DNA from: Methanomicrobiaceae archaeon
GTDB taxonomy: Archaea > Halobacteriota > Methanomicrobia > Methanomicrobiales > Methanomicrobiaceae
Assembly (NCBI GenBank): GCA_016926855.1
Contig: JAFGNT010000016.1
Coordinates: 14,153 to 78,152, forward strand
Direction: 5' to 3'
Length of the DNA stretch: 64,000 nt
This document shows, one piece after another, positions 35,553 through 44,588 of this stretch (the stretch's first letter is position 1; the number at the start of each line of letters is the position of its first letter). The notes below the pieces were generated by a model, which saw only the letters and a program-made list of their open reading frames with translations, did not search any database and was not told the DNA's origin. The translations under genes were made by a program, and so were the position numbers.

Positions 35553-36065
35553 TCAGGCGGGCGGCTCGAGGATCGCGGTGAGCTCTCCCGCCCACGCGGC
35601 GATCTCGTCCCAGTCCCGGAAGTCTGCCGATGCCGCCCCGGAGAGGGAGATTATCTGTCGGTCGGCTTCGGAAAGCTCCGCGAGATCAATCTTTCCTGCA
35701 AATATCCCCACGTCGAGGGGGTGGACATACGGCCGGATCGCATGGATCGCGGCATGGGCTTTCTGGCGGTTATCCTCGGTCGGCTCCCGCATGGAGAACC
35801 CGACGGTAAAGACGGCAACCGGCATCTTCCTGAGGTCCTCCTGAAAGAGCTTCACGAAATCCACCGCCTCGACAAGCCATTTTCCCATGTAGATCGGGCT
35901 TCCGATAACGATACCGTCGTAGCCGGTGATGTTCGTTATCTCCATCACGCCTTTCACGTCGCTGTCAAGGCCCTGCTCCCGCAGAACTTCCGCAATCGAC
36001 TCCGCAATCTCCCGGGTAGAGCCGTACCGGGACGCGTATGCAATAAGAACTTTCTGGACTGCCAT
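35553..36065 (-). CDS. flavodoxin-domain protein
   Basis: Trimmed to the ATG at 36065. The sequence reads MAVQKVLIAYASRYGSTREIAESIAE...VIGSPIYMGKW. Confidence 0.8.
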   Translation of the reverse strand: MAVQKVLIAYASRYGSTREIAESIAEVLREQGLDSDVKGVMEITNITGYDGIVIGSPIYMGKWLVEAVDFVKLFQEDLRKMPVAVFTVGFSMREPTEDNRQKAHAAIHAIRPYVHPLDVGIFAGKIDLAELSEADRQIISLSGAASADFRDWDEIAAWAGELTAILEPPA

Positions 36066-36195
36066 TCGGATCAAACACCTCTGCTCCGGAAAAACTCTAT
36101 CCGGTTTTCCGTCAGATGCATTTTCTCCCCCTAAAGCAATATGTCTTCTCCAAAAAACGGAGGCGTCCATATCTTTATCTTGGTTTTTGCGGCAT

Positions 36196-36993
36196 ATGAG
36201 ATATATGCGAGATCCACAGAACCCCGCCGTCATACGGAGGATTGCCGTCATCTGCCTGCTGGGCATATTCCTTGCCGGCGCGACACTTCCGGGCGCCTCC
36301 GGTGCGAAAACCGTCACCGCCACCATCGGGAGTGAGGTGCGCCTCTCCGGGGCGGCCGCAGGGAGTAATACGATCTACCTCTTTCTCACGGGCCCCAACC
36401 TTGCGTCAAACGGAGTGCGGCTCGACAATATCAGGTCACCGGTTGTCACCGGCAATCCCGGCAGTTTTACCCGTGTCGAGGTGATGGGCAGCACATGGAG
36501 TTACCGGTGGAATACCCGCACATCCGGCGGCACTCCTGACGCCGGGGCATACACGGTCTACGCCGTACGCCTCCCGAACGGCAGGCAGGACCTGGCCGGT
36601 GTCGATTACGAAACGATCACGGTCATCCTCGCCGCAGGCGGCGTGGAGACAGTGACAACCGGCTCGATTCTCGTTACCTCCATCCCGGCGGGCGCCCGTG
36701 TCCTGCTGGACGGAAACGAGAAGGGCACGACACCCGTCACTATCAGAAATCTCGACCCTAAAACGTACTCCCTCGTCCTGCAGGCAGACAATTTCACCAC
36801 GATCGAGGAGATGGTGCAGGTCGAGACCGGCAGGACAACCAATATCACCCGGAGACTGAAGCAGCCCACACCGGTGCCGACAGAGCTCCCGACACCCTCA
36901 TCGACGGAATCACCCCGACCGACACAATCCGCAGGAGCGGAATGGGTGGTGGCAGGAGGCGTGCTCGGGGCGTGGCTGCTGCGGCGCCGGTAA
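36196..36993 (+). CDS. secreted PEGA-domain protein with Thr/Pro-rich linker and C-terminal TM anchor
   Basis: Trimmed to the ATG at 36196 (MRYMRDPQNPAVIRRIAVICLLGIFLAGATLPGASG, a signal peptide). The PEGA-like segment is ILVTSIPAGARVLLDGNEKGTTPVTIRNL. The C-terminus is PTPVPTELPTPSSTESPRPT...WVVAGGVLGAWLLRRR. Confidence 0.65.
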   Translation: MRYMRDPQNPAVIRRIAVICLLGIFLAGATLPGASGAKTVTATIGSEVRLSGAAAGSNTIYLFLTGPNLASNGVRLDNIRSPVVTGNPGSFTRVEVMGSTWSYRWNTRTSGGTPDAGAYTVYAVRLPNGRQDLAGVDYETITVILAAGGVETVTTGSILVTSIPAGARVLLDGNEKGTTPVTIRNLDPKTYSLVLQADNFTTIEEMVQVETGRTTNITRRLKQPTPVPTELPTPSSTESPRPTQSAGAEWVVAGGVLGAWLLRRR

Positions 36994-37008
36994 GGGAGGT
37001 GCAGTCAG

Positions 37009-37356
37009 GTGCCGCGTGACCTCACCCCTGCGGATATCGCCATCCTTCAGAAACTGGCCCCGGAACGGGAGGGGATCGGCTGTCCCGGCTCAGGACACGA
37101 TTTCCACTCCATCCTCCCTCCTCTCTCGAACCATATCGCCGTGGACACCGCAGACTTCAGGCGGCGTATCAGACTCTTATCCGCAGACGAATGGAAATAT
37201 CTCACCGATCTCATCCTCTCCGGCGAAGAGAGCCTCGGGTGCCTGCCCGAAGAGGAGATGGACGACATCACGGAGTGCATTGCACGCCATGTCTCCGGGG
37301 CATCCGCACAACAGGTCCGGAATCTGTATTACCTTTCTGTGTGCGGCGTGCTCTGA
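37009..37356 (+). CDS. hypothetical protein
   Basis: 115-aa ORF with a GTG start 15 nt after the PEGA gene stop. I recognise no domain. Confidence 0.45.
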   Translation: MPRDLTPADIAILQKLAPEREGIGCPGSGHDFHSILPPLSNHIAVDTADFRRRIRLLSADEWKYLTDLILSGEESLGCLPEEEMDDITECIARHVSGASAQQVRNLYYLSVCGVL

Positions 37357-37412
37357 TGCACCCCTCAAAGCATTGATACGGTCAGGGCACCAACAGAAGG
37401 GATGGTTATACC

Positions 37413-37601
37413 ATGCCAATCGTTACGCTCGAAATTTCCAAAGGACGGACACGCGAACAGAAAAAACAGCTCGTCGAAGGGATTACCGACCTTATCGTCA
37501 CCACTCTCCACGTGCCCCCTGACTGGGTGACAATCCTGATCCATGAAATGGACAGGGACTCCATCGGAAAAGCAGGGAAACTGCTCGACGAAGAAGACTG
37601 A
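37413..37601 (+). CDS. 4-oxalocrotonate tautomerase family protein
   Basis: 62 aa, MPIVTLEISKGRTREQKKQLVEGITDLIVTTLHVPPDWVTILIHEM. Pro at position 2 is the catalytic Pro1 after Met removal. Confidence 0.85.
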   Translation: MPIVTLEISKGRTREQKKQLVEGITDLIVTTLHVPPDWVTILIHEMDRDSIGKAGKLLDEED

Positions 37602-37602
37602 T

Positions 37603-38082
37603 ATGATTGACAGGTCAATGGTAAAGCAACTCAGGCTCGCTCCATGGGGGTCGCGGTTCTGGGCCTGGCTCATCGACATCATCCTTGTCGGTATCATCGC
37701 GTCGGTGATTGTCGAACCGGCAGCCACCCTCGTCCGGCTCGGAACCTCCTATCATTTTTCGGATATAGAGCAGATTGCTACGCACGGCGTCCTGCAGTGG
37801 GTCTACTGGACAGCGTGTGAAGGGAGAACGGGGCAGTCGGCCGGGAAAATGGTCATGCACATCCGCCTGACCGCCGCTGACGGAACCCCGGCCGGGTACA
37901 CAAGCGCAGCCATCGAAAGCTTTGGCAAGGCATTTCTGATCGTCATCGACTGCCTGATCGGGTGGCTGGCAATGGGGGGCCAGCGGCTGCGGCTCTTCAA
38001 CCGCATTTCCGCGACTATCGTCATCACCGATGACATCCCGGAAACGCCGGAAGGAATAGAGTACGTAAAAGACGGTGAGTGA
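37603..38082 (+). CDS. RDD-family membrane protein
   Basis: Trimmed to the ATG at 37603, 1 nt after the upstream stop. The sequence contains APWGSRFWAWLIDIILVGI...GRTGQSAGKMVMHIRL. Confidence 0.7.
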   Translation: MIDRSMVKQLRLAPWGSRFWAWLIDIILVGIIASVIVEPAATLVRLGTSYHFSDIEQIATHGVLQWVYWTACEGRTGQSAGKMVMHIRLTAADGTPAGYTSAAIESFGKAFLIVIDCLIGWLAMGGQRLRLFNRISATIVITDDIPETPEGIEYVKDGE

Positions 38083-38106
38083 TATAAAAAAAGTGTGTGA
38101 GAGAAC

Positions 38107-38553
38107 TCAGCTTTCCGGAGTCACCACGGGATACCCCGCCGTTTTCCATGCACTCATACCGCCTTCCATATCGTAAACCTTCAGAAAGCCCATCTCCGCT
38201 AAGAGTGACATCGTAGAAGCACTCCGGATCCCCGTGGCACATTACAGGAAATACTCCCGGTTCAGGTCGAGCTCGCCGAGACGGTCGGTAAAAGCAGGAT
38301 CCCGTGTGTCGATGGTGACCGATCCGGCAATGAATCCCTGTGAATACTCCTCCGGTGTCCTGACATCGATGATGATGAATTCAGTAGTGCCGATATTTTT
38401 TTCGATGAGAAATGCCGCTTCATGGACGGTTACGTCACGCACGACGACGGCCGGACTCGTGTCGACCGCACCCGACGGTTGTCCGATGCATCCCGCCACA
38501 CTAAAACAGGGAGACAGGACCACGATGATCGCACATATCCCCGCCCGATTCAC
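38107..38553 (-). pseudogene. lipoprotein-type rhodanese (sulfurtransferase) interrupted by an in-frame TAA
   Basis: A GTG start at 38553 gives (M)NRAGICAIIVVLSPCFSVAGC, a lipobox-like signal. The rhodanese domain reads IIIDVRTPEEYSQGFIAGS...REYFL, then TAA at 38244-38242. The same frame continues CATGIRSASTMSLLAEMGFLKVYDMEGGMSAWKTAGYPVVTPES to a TGA at 38107. Confidence 0.7.
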
Positions 38554-38665
38554 ATCCTTCCAAACAGCAGTGCCGTCGTCTGTAACCACGGGGGGGGTGT
38601 ACTCCGGAAAATTTCGTGCTCTATTAACTCTTGCAGAGAGGAAATGAACCCTTTGGTGCGCCGCA

Positions 38666-39622
38666 TCAGACGACGCCCAGCGCCAGCAGGCAGAGATATG
38701 CATCGGCGACACAGTAGAAGATAATGACGGCGGCGACATTCAGACCGGCAAGGCGGATGCTGCACGATCGGGCCCGGCACCGGCGGAACAGCGCGTATAT
38801 GGCGACGGCGGGGAGAAGCAGGGAAGCTGCGAAGAGGACCGTGAAGTCGACAGTGGCCGGGGACGGGGTGACGACCTGCAGGAGAGCATAGCAGGCGGGA
38901 ACCAGACAGGCGGGTACGATTAGGGCCTGCCACCCGGCTTCCCTCCCGAACAGGGCAATAAACGTCCTTTTTCCGCTCATCCGGTCGGATTCCATATCAG
39001 GGACCGCGACTGCCAGAGAAAAGACCAGCCCCAGGCACAGGAGCGGCAACAGAAAGAGGGCAAGGGTTCTGTCCATCGTTCCTGCGACGACGGCATATCC
39101 CATGCCGGGAACAAGGAACCCCACCGTAAACGCCGTTGCCGCTTCTCCGAATCCCCGTGAAGACAGGCGGACAGGCGGCGCGGAATACCACCACCCGACG
39201 GCGTTTCCCACGAGCACGAACGGCAGGAACCACCAGGGCATATGGTAGACCATGGCAAAGGCGACTGCGCACGCAATAGAGAGCAGAATGAGGGTACAGG
39301 CAACATGCAGGGCAGGTTTTGCAAGAGAGGGGTGGTGCCTGAGTACGCCGCTTCCTCCCGAAATCGGGGTGGGGTCTCCGGAAAGGTCCCCGAAACGGTC
39401 GAAGTATTCGTTGCTGTACGAGACAGAGAGATGGGCGCAGCCGAGGATGAGATACCCGAAACAGATCCTGACCGCATCTGCCGGCGACCCCAGGACCACG
39501 GCATACAGCCCGCCAAGAAGGAAGGCAATCACACCCGCACCGAGAAAAGGAAGGCGCCCGAGACGGATCCAGAGGGCGGCTGCCTGAAGCCACGAAATAG
39601 CATACCGATCGCGGATTACCAT
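38666..39622 (-). CDS. UbiA-family (MenA-like) aromatic prenyltransferase
   Basis: Trimmed to the ATG at 39622. It is a multi-TM protein with the Asp-rich motif SNEYFDRFGD. Confidence 0.75.
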   Translation of the reverse strand: MVIRDRYAISWLQAAALWIRLGRLPFLGAGVIAFLLGGLYAVVLGSPADAVRICFGYLILGCAHLSVSYSNEYFDRFGDLSGDPTPISGGSGVLRHHPSLAKPALHVACTLILLSIACAVAFAMVYHMPWWFLPFVLVGNAVGWWYSAPPVRLSSRGFGEAATAFTVGFLVPGMGYAVVAGTMDRTLALFLLPLLCLGLVFSLAVAVPDMESDRMSGKRTFIALFGREAGWQALIVPACLVPACYALLQVVTPSPATVDFTVLFAASLLLPAVAIYALFRRCRARSCSIRLAGLNVAAVIIFYCVADAYLCLLALGVV

Positions 39623-39769
39623 GAGGTGGTGGTGTTTCGGGCTGGCGATAAATGTTTCCGATGGGGCGGGGGGGAGAGAGAGAACAGGACCGGTGATGAT
39701 CCGACCCAACGATACTTATACCCCCTCTCCGCTAATCCATAGCCAGAAAGAAATGAAGAAGGGACGCGG

Positions 39770-40366
39770 ATGATTCCATTCGATCTCATCGTAAACGACA
39801 CCGTGGCAGCGTTGGCCATTCCCGTCCTGATATTTCTTGCACGCGTGGCGGACGTCACATTCGGGACGATGCGCATCATTTTCGTCTCCCGCGGACTCAA
39901 GATGGTCGCACCCGTGCTCGCGTTCTTCGAGATCCTCATCTGGCTCCTTGCCATCGGCCAGGTCTTTTCAAACCTCACAAACATCGCAAATTACCTTGCC
40001 TATGCAGGGGGGTTCGCTCTGGGCAACTACGTGGGCATACTTGTCGAGGAAAAAGTAGCGATGGGGCTTGCACTTGTCCGGATTATCACGCAGCATGATG
40101 CCTCGGAGCTGCTCGGGAAGCTGAAATCCGGCGGTTTCGGCATGACCGTCATCGATGCCGAGGGAAAGCACGGGCAGGTGAAACTCATCTTTGCGGTCGT
40201 CAAGCGGAAAGAGATTCCTGCCGTTCTTACTCTGGTGAATGACTATAATCCGCACTCGTTTTATACCATAGAGGATGTGCGCTCCGCTTCCGGAGGCATA
40301 TTCCCCGGGCCGGTGACGAAACGCCCGCGGCGGGGTGTGTTCCGGTTCTCACGAAAAGGAAAATAG
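39770..40366 (+). CDS. DUF2179/UPF0316 membrane protein
   Basis: 198 aa, ...ARVADVTFGTMRIIFVSRG...GFGMTVIDAEGKHG...YTIEDVRSA. Confidence 0.7.
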   Translation: MIPFDLIVNDTVAALAIPVLIFLARVADVTFGTMRIIFVSRGLKMVAPVLAFFEILIWLLAIGQVFSNLTNIANYLAYAGGFALGNYVGILVEEKVAMGLALVRIITQHDASELLGKLKSGGFGMTVIDAEGKHGQVKLIFAVVKRKEIPAVLTLVNDYNPHSFYTIEDVRSASGGIFPGPVTKRPRRGVFRFSRKGK

Positions 40367-40386
40367 AGCGGGGCTGTCTTACCCGC

Positions 40387-40833
40387 TTATTCCTGCGCCT
40401 TTTTTCGGGAAAAACCGTTGATTTCGCAGGTCGGCCCGCATTCCGGGGAGTTTTTGTCAACAACGCGGTAGGCGCTTGCGAGAACGGAGGAGTTTGCAAG
40501 CATCCCGGCAATCAGCACCACTTCAAGTATCTCATCCCGGGTCGCTCCCTTGCTCATCGCAGACTTCATGTGGTACTCCACGCAGTGGGTGCACCCGAGT
40601 GCGGCCCCGACGGCGAGGCTGATCAGTTCGACGTATTTGGGATCGATGGTGCTCGTATGCGTAACCGAATCCTTATAGAGCAGGTGCGAGACAAGCACTT
40701 CCGGCCGCTGCGCCATTCGCTGAAAGATGAGCGGCACCGCACCGTATTCATCCTCGATCTCGCGAAGCCACCTGCTCGCGGTCGGGTCCGCACCGCGGGT
40801 GATTATTTCCTTTAAAATATCTTCAAACTCCAC
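40387..40833 (-). CDS. carboxymuconolactone decarboxylase / AhpD-like family protein
   Basis: 148 aa with the CxxC-H motif GCTHCVEYH. Confidence 0.8.
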   Translation of the reverse strand: MEFEDILKEIITRGADPTASRWLREIEDEYGAVPLIFQRMAQRPEVLVSHLLYKDSVTHTSTIDPKYVELISLAVGAALGCTHCVEYHMKSAMSKGATRDEILEVVLIAGMLANSSVLASAYRVVDKNSPECGPTCEINGFSRKKAQE

Positions 40834-40894
40834 AGATCCACCACACTGATTTCCGAAGACGTATCTGTCACTGGTAGGGTATGGTCTGCCGGGT

Positions 40895-40900
40895 AAAAAA
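40895..40900 (-). terminator. oligo-T terminator at end of methanogenesis-marker operon
   Basis: The minus strand reads T6 beginning 5 nt after the mmp7 stop (40906). Confidence 0.45.
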
Positions 40901-40905
40901 CGGCA

Positions 40906-41847
40906 CTATACCATGATGTTGGTTTCTGAAAAAGGTCGTATCTTGATCCATATGTACGTGCGCATTCGTGACGGCAGCACATCCGCCACATCCCCGAGGG
41001 TGATGCCCTCCTCAATGTTTAGCGTACGGAGTGTCTCCGCGTAGGTTTCGTACGGAATCTTCACCCGGAGTCCGGCAATCTGCACGGTAATGGGAGTGGG
41101 ATGGGTCGAGGCTTCCGTGATCTGCATCGCCTCGTCGATGACGGTCATCAGCCGGGCCGGAGAGGCGGAGAGCGGATCCTTGGCGATCTCATTGCGCCGC
41201 GTATCCAGCACCCGCGCAACTTCGTCGACAAGCGTGTCAAGGTGCTCAATCTCACCCTCCTGCTTCTTCATCCGGTGCGCAAGCCTTCCGATGCCCCCTA
41301 CGTACCCCTCCACCGGCGGATCGATGATCGCCCTGAGACGGTCGGTGGCAGGCGCTCCGGTAACAATGATGGGGACCGTTATACCGCGCCGGAGAGCCGG
41401 AAACTTGTGGCGGATGCACTCCTCGAAGTTGCCGAGCAGGAAGACGGCGCAGTCGTGTTCGTTGATCACATCCCGCTCCTCGATATTTAAGTTTGCAATC
41501 CGTTTCCCGAATCCCCGGGCAAGTCCCACCATGTTGGTCTTGGCGCCGACACTCCGGAAATACTCTGCGACATCGCAGGAGGAATGCGGAAGATGATGGA
41601 TTTCGAGACTCGGGCTGACGACGGCAATCTCCGCCCCGACGAGCGGGGCCTCGGTAACCTCGCCCATGAGCGGACGGGCGATCTGCCGGATCAGGTCGAT
41701 ATCCTCCCGGGGCACAAGCGACTGGAGAATAACGTCCTGGGCAATCGTGTGCTTCTGCACGACATATCCGCCGAGATCCTCGATCAGGTCGACGATTTCA
41801 TCATGGCGATAAATGCCCCCCTTGTAGGTTACCGGCACCAGCGTCAT
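40906..41847 (-). CDS. methanogenesis marker protein 7
   Basis: 313 aa. The assignment rests on its position and size in the conserved marker cluster (7-17-15-5-6-3-A2) and on its recalled N-terminal pattern. Confidence 0.7.
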   Translation of the reverse strand: MTLVPVTYKGGIYRHDEIVDLIEDLGGYVVQKHTIAQDVILQSLVPREDIDLIRQIARPLMGEVTEAPLVGAEIAVVSPSLEIHHLPHSSCDVAEYFRSVGAKTNMVGLARGFGKRIANLNIEERDVINEHDCAVFLLGNFEECIRHKFPALRRGITVPIIVTGAPATDRLRAIIDPPVEGYVGGIGRLAHRMKKQEGEIEHLDTLVDEVARVLDTRRNEIAKDPLSASPARLMTVIDEAMQITEASTHPTPITVQIAGLRVKIPYETYAETLRTLNIEEGITLGDVADVLPSRMRTYIWIKIRPFSETNIMV

Positions 41848-42428
41848 ACGGTCACCCCGATCAGCCGGAACTTCTCCGCCACAATCGTCTGCAGCACGTC
41901 CTCATCCAGCGTGTTTTCACTGGCGATGTAGAAGAACTGCTCCTCCTTTACCCACTCCCTGCGCACCTTGAATCCCTCGGGCGCAATATACTGGAGGGCA
42001 TAGATGATGTCCTTATAGAGGGACTCACTCGGGTCGAAGACAACAAGATTCTCAATCTCCGCGGCCTCTGTCCCTGCTGCGGAAATAACGACGGTGAAAC
42101 GGTCAGGCTGGTCTATCCGGTCGCGACCGTACAGGTCCCAGAGCAGCGTGAGCATCTCCGAGAGATGCGTCTCGTCGGCGATGTCGAGGACAATGCGATC
42201 CCCGTCCGCCAGGACATTCGCAATGTCACCGAGGCGCACGAGCCGGGGCAGTTTGCGGGTCAGCCCCACGGCAAGAAACAGGGGGATTTCCGGATCGATG
42301 AAAATATGCAGCCGCCCGATCACTTTCAGGAGATCGAGATCCTGCAGGATATGCTCCGCTATCGCACGGTATGCCTCGCCGCCTACGGGTTCGGGGCTTT
42401 CGACCTCGAAATACTCAAGCGCCTTCAC
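41844..42428 (-). CDS. methanogenesis marker protein 17
   Basis: A ~195-aa ORF between markers 15 and 7. The start is uncertain (GTG at 42428 or ATG at 42473). Its stop overlaps the mmp7 ATG. Confidence 0.65.
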   Translation of the reverse strand: MKALEYFEVESPEPVGGEAYRAIAEHILQDLDLLKVIGRLHIFIDPEIPLFLAVGLTRKLPRLVRLGDIANVLADGDRIVLDIADETHLSEMLTLLWDLYGRDRIDQPDRFTVVISAAGTEAAEIENLVVFDPSESLYKDIIYALQYIAPEGFKVRREWVKEEQFFYIASENTLDEDVLQTIVAEKFRLIGVTV

Positions 42429-43668
42429 CGATATCGCCCCTGATAAAACCTGATGCCAGCAGTGCCGAGCCAACCGATCCGATGTACTGGGAGTGCGGTG
42501 GGACGACGATCTTTGTCTGGAGAAGTTTTCCCATCTCGTGAACGAGCCCTTCGATAAGGGACGTCCCCCCCACCATAATCACCGGCTCCTTGATGTCAAT
42601 CTCCTGCAGCTGCTGCTCGAATACCTGTTCCGCAACGCTGTGGCAGGCGGCTGCGGCGACGTCCTCGGCTGAACTGCCGGCGGCAAGGGCGTTGACGAGG
42701 CTCTGGGTGCCGAAGACGATGCAGTAGCTGTTCATCGGCACCTCCGCCGACAGCCCCTTCATGGCAAGCGGCCCGAGCTCGGTGATATCGACACCAAGCC
42801 GCTTTGCCGTCATTTCGAGAAAACGTCCGCTTGCCCCCGCACAGATGCCGCCCATGGTAAATGTACCGGGAATGCCGTCCTGGACGGATATCGCCTTGTT
42901 GTCCATACCGCCGATATCAATGACCGTCGCCTCGCCATGCTGCCGGTCGGCGAGGAAGACCGCACCCTTGGAGTTGACGGTCAGCTCCTCCTGGATGAGA
43001 TCGGCTCCGATCTTATTCCCGATGAGGAAACGCCCGTATCCTGTGGTGCCTGTTGCTTCGAGATCGGTACGCTTCACCCCCGCCTCCTCAAGCGCGGTTG
43101 TGATGACCTCTTCAGCGCTCCCGAGGACGTTCGTGGTGGGGACCCAGCCAAAGCCGATGATCTCGTTGTCCTGCATGACAATCGCCTTCGTCGTCGAAGA
43201 GCCGGAATCAACACCCATCGTGAGCCCTTCCTGCACTTCCCGGGCAAGCAGGGCACGGCGGCGGGCAATCGTGGTGAGCGCCTCCATCCGTGTGAGAAGC
43301 GTGCCCGACGTGGTGCGTTCCGTAAACGAATAGGATACGACCGGGAGATCGGAGTTTTCATGAATATACCGCCGGAGCTCGTTTCTGACAATCGCCGCCT
43401 CGGCACAGCGGAAGCAGGTGGCGATGAACACCGCGTCCGCATCCACCCGTCCCTCGACAAGGGCTTTTGCCCGGGCGATGGCGAGCCGGAGATCGGCACT
43501 CCTCGCCTCCAGGCCGAACGCACCGTATGATTCCCGTATGTCGTTGAGCGTGACGTCGGGGAAGAACATCTCCGCATTCACCGCGGCCGCAGCGTCGTAG
43601 ATCTCCTTCTGCACTCCCGAATGCTCCGGCCCGCAGGAGAGCTGGGCGACCCGAACCGGCTGGCTCAT
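42415..43668 (-). CDS. methanogenesis marker protein 15 (BadF/BcrAD-type ASKHA ATPase fold)
   Basis: 417 aa with the ASKHA phosphate motif [13 protein letters not shown] and a later [11 protein letters not shown]. Confidence 0.75.
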   Translation of the reverse strand: MSQPVRVAQLSCGPEHSGVQKEIYDAAAAVNAEMFFPDVTLNDIRESYGAFGLEARSADLRLAIARAKALVEGRVDADAVFIATCFRCAEAAIVRNELRRYIHENSDLPVVSYSFTERTTSGTLLTRMEALTTIARRRALLAREVQEGLTMGVDSGSSTTKAIVMQDNEIIGFGWVPTTNVLGSAEEVITTALEEAGVKRTDLEATGTTGYGRFLIGNKIGADLIQEELTVNSKGAVFLADRQHGEATVIDIGGMDNKAISVQDGIPGTFTMGGICAGASGRFLEMTAKRLGVDITELGPLAMKGLSAEVPMNSYCIVFGTQSLVNALAAGSSAEDVAAAACHSVAEQVFEQQLQEIDIKEPVIMVGGTSLIEGLVHEMGKLLQTKIVVPPHSQYIGSVGSALLASGFIRGDIGEGA

Positions 43669-44114
43669 GGAACGCCCCCGGGAAGGTCCGAAAGAAACGC
43701 CTTAATCGCGGCTACGAACGCCACACCGTCCTCATCACAGGCCGGGTATACGAGATCGAGAATGGGGATCCCCCGTTTCCGGATCAGGTATTTGACGAGC
43801 TCGTTTGTTCGCGCGCATCCCATGCACCCGAACGCGAGATCGGCATCATTGACGATGATCGCCGCATCCGCCTCTTCGATGAGCGGGCCGAAGAGGGACA
43901 TGCGGCCCCGGACTCCCGAGGGCACTTCCACCGCTGCGTATTTCAGCCCGCGTTTCGGATCGTCGGGAGTCATCTGGAGGGGCGGCGAGTCAAGACCGGG
44001 GGTCTGGATATGTTCCCGGACGGCGACTGCCGCACCGAGGGGCGAATGGCCCCATCGCTCGACCATATCGGAAAGAATGAGGCTTGTTGCGGGATAAATA
44101 AAGACTTTTGCCAT
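43665..44114 (-). CDS. methanogenesis marker protein 5
   Basis: 149 aa. The size and cluster position fit, and its stop overlaps the mmp15 ATG. Confidence 0.65.
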   Translation of the reverse strand: MAKVFIYPATSLILSDMVERWGHSPLGAAVAVREHIQTPGLDSPPLQMTPDDPKRGLKYAAVEVPSGVRGRMSLFGPLIEEADAAIIVNDADLAFGCMGCARTNELVKYLIRKRGIPILDLVYPACDEDGVAFVAAIKAFLSDLPGGVP

Positions 44115-44117
44115 TGT

Positions 44118-44588
44118 TTACGGCTCCTCTGCATCGATGATCTTTTTCAGGCGTTTCACATCCAGGCGTGTGGCGGCAGGGGGTTTTTTTGGAGACGTTT
44201 CGGGGACCGGGATCCCGTCCCTTTCACAGGCTGCGAGCCGGTCGAGGCCGCGGGAGATGTAGCGGAGAAGCCGGACTTCGAACTCATGCCCGTAATACCC
44301 CGGGCGGGCACCTCCCAGGTTCGCCCTGCACCGCCGCGGATCGCCGGGAGGGAACCCGCGGTCCTTGACAAAGATATGGGAAGGGTCCAGCGTCCGCAGC
44401 TCACCGATAACCCTCCCGACCTCGTCCGGTGTTCCGGTGATTTGCAGCCCGAAACAGGTCTCTTTAATCATAATACCCTGTGAAATTTCATACGCACGGA
44501 TTGACAGGTTCTGGGGAGTGATATCCGGCGAATCAATGAATACGTATTTCGTGACCGTGCCGACGTGGGTTGGTATGTATTCGGTCAT
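44118..44588 (-). CDS. methanogenesis marker protein 6
   Basis: 156 aa. The size and cluster position fit. Confidence 0.65.
   Translation of the reverse strand: MTEYIPTHVGTVTKYVFIDSPDITPQNLSIRAYEISQGIMIKETCFGLQITGTPDEVGRVIGELRTLDPSHIFVKDRGFPPGDPRRCRANLGGARPGYYGHEFEVRLLRYISRGLDRLAACERDGIPVPETSPKKPPAATRLDVKRLKKIIDAEEP

Noticed and set aside
38242-38244. Programmed recoding (selenocysteine or pyrrolysine) at the rhodanese in-frame stop
   Set aside because: The codon is TAA, not TGA or TAG. No known archaeal recoding system uses TAA, so a nonsense mutation or sequence error is more parsimonious.
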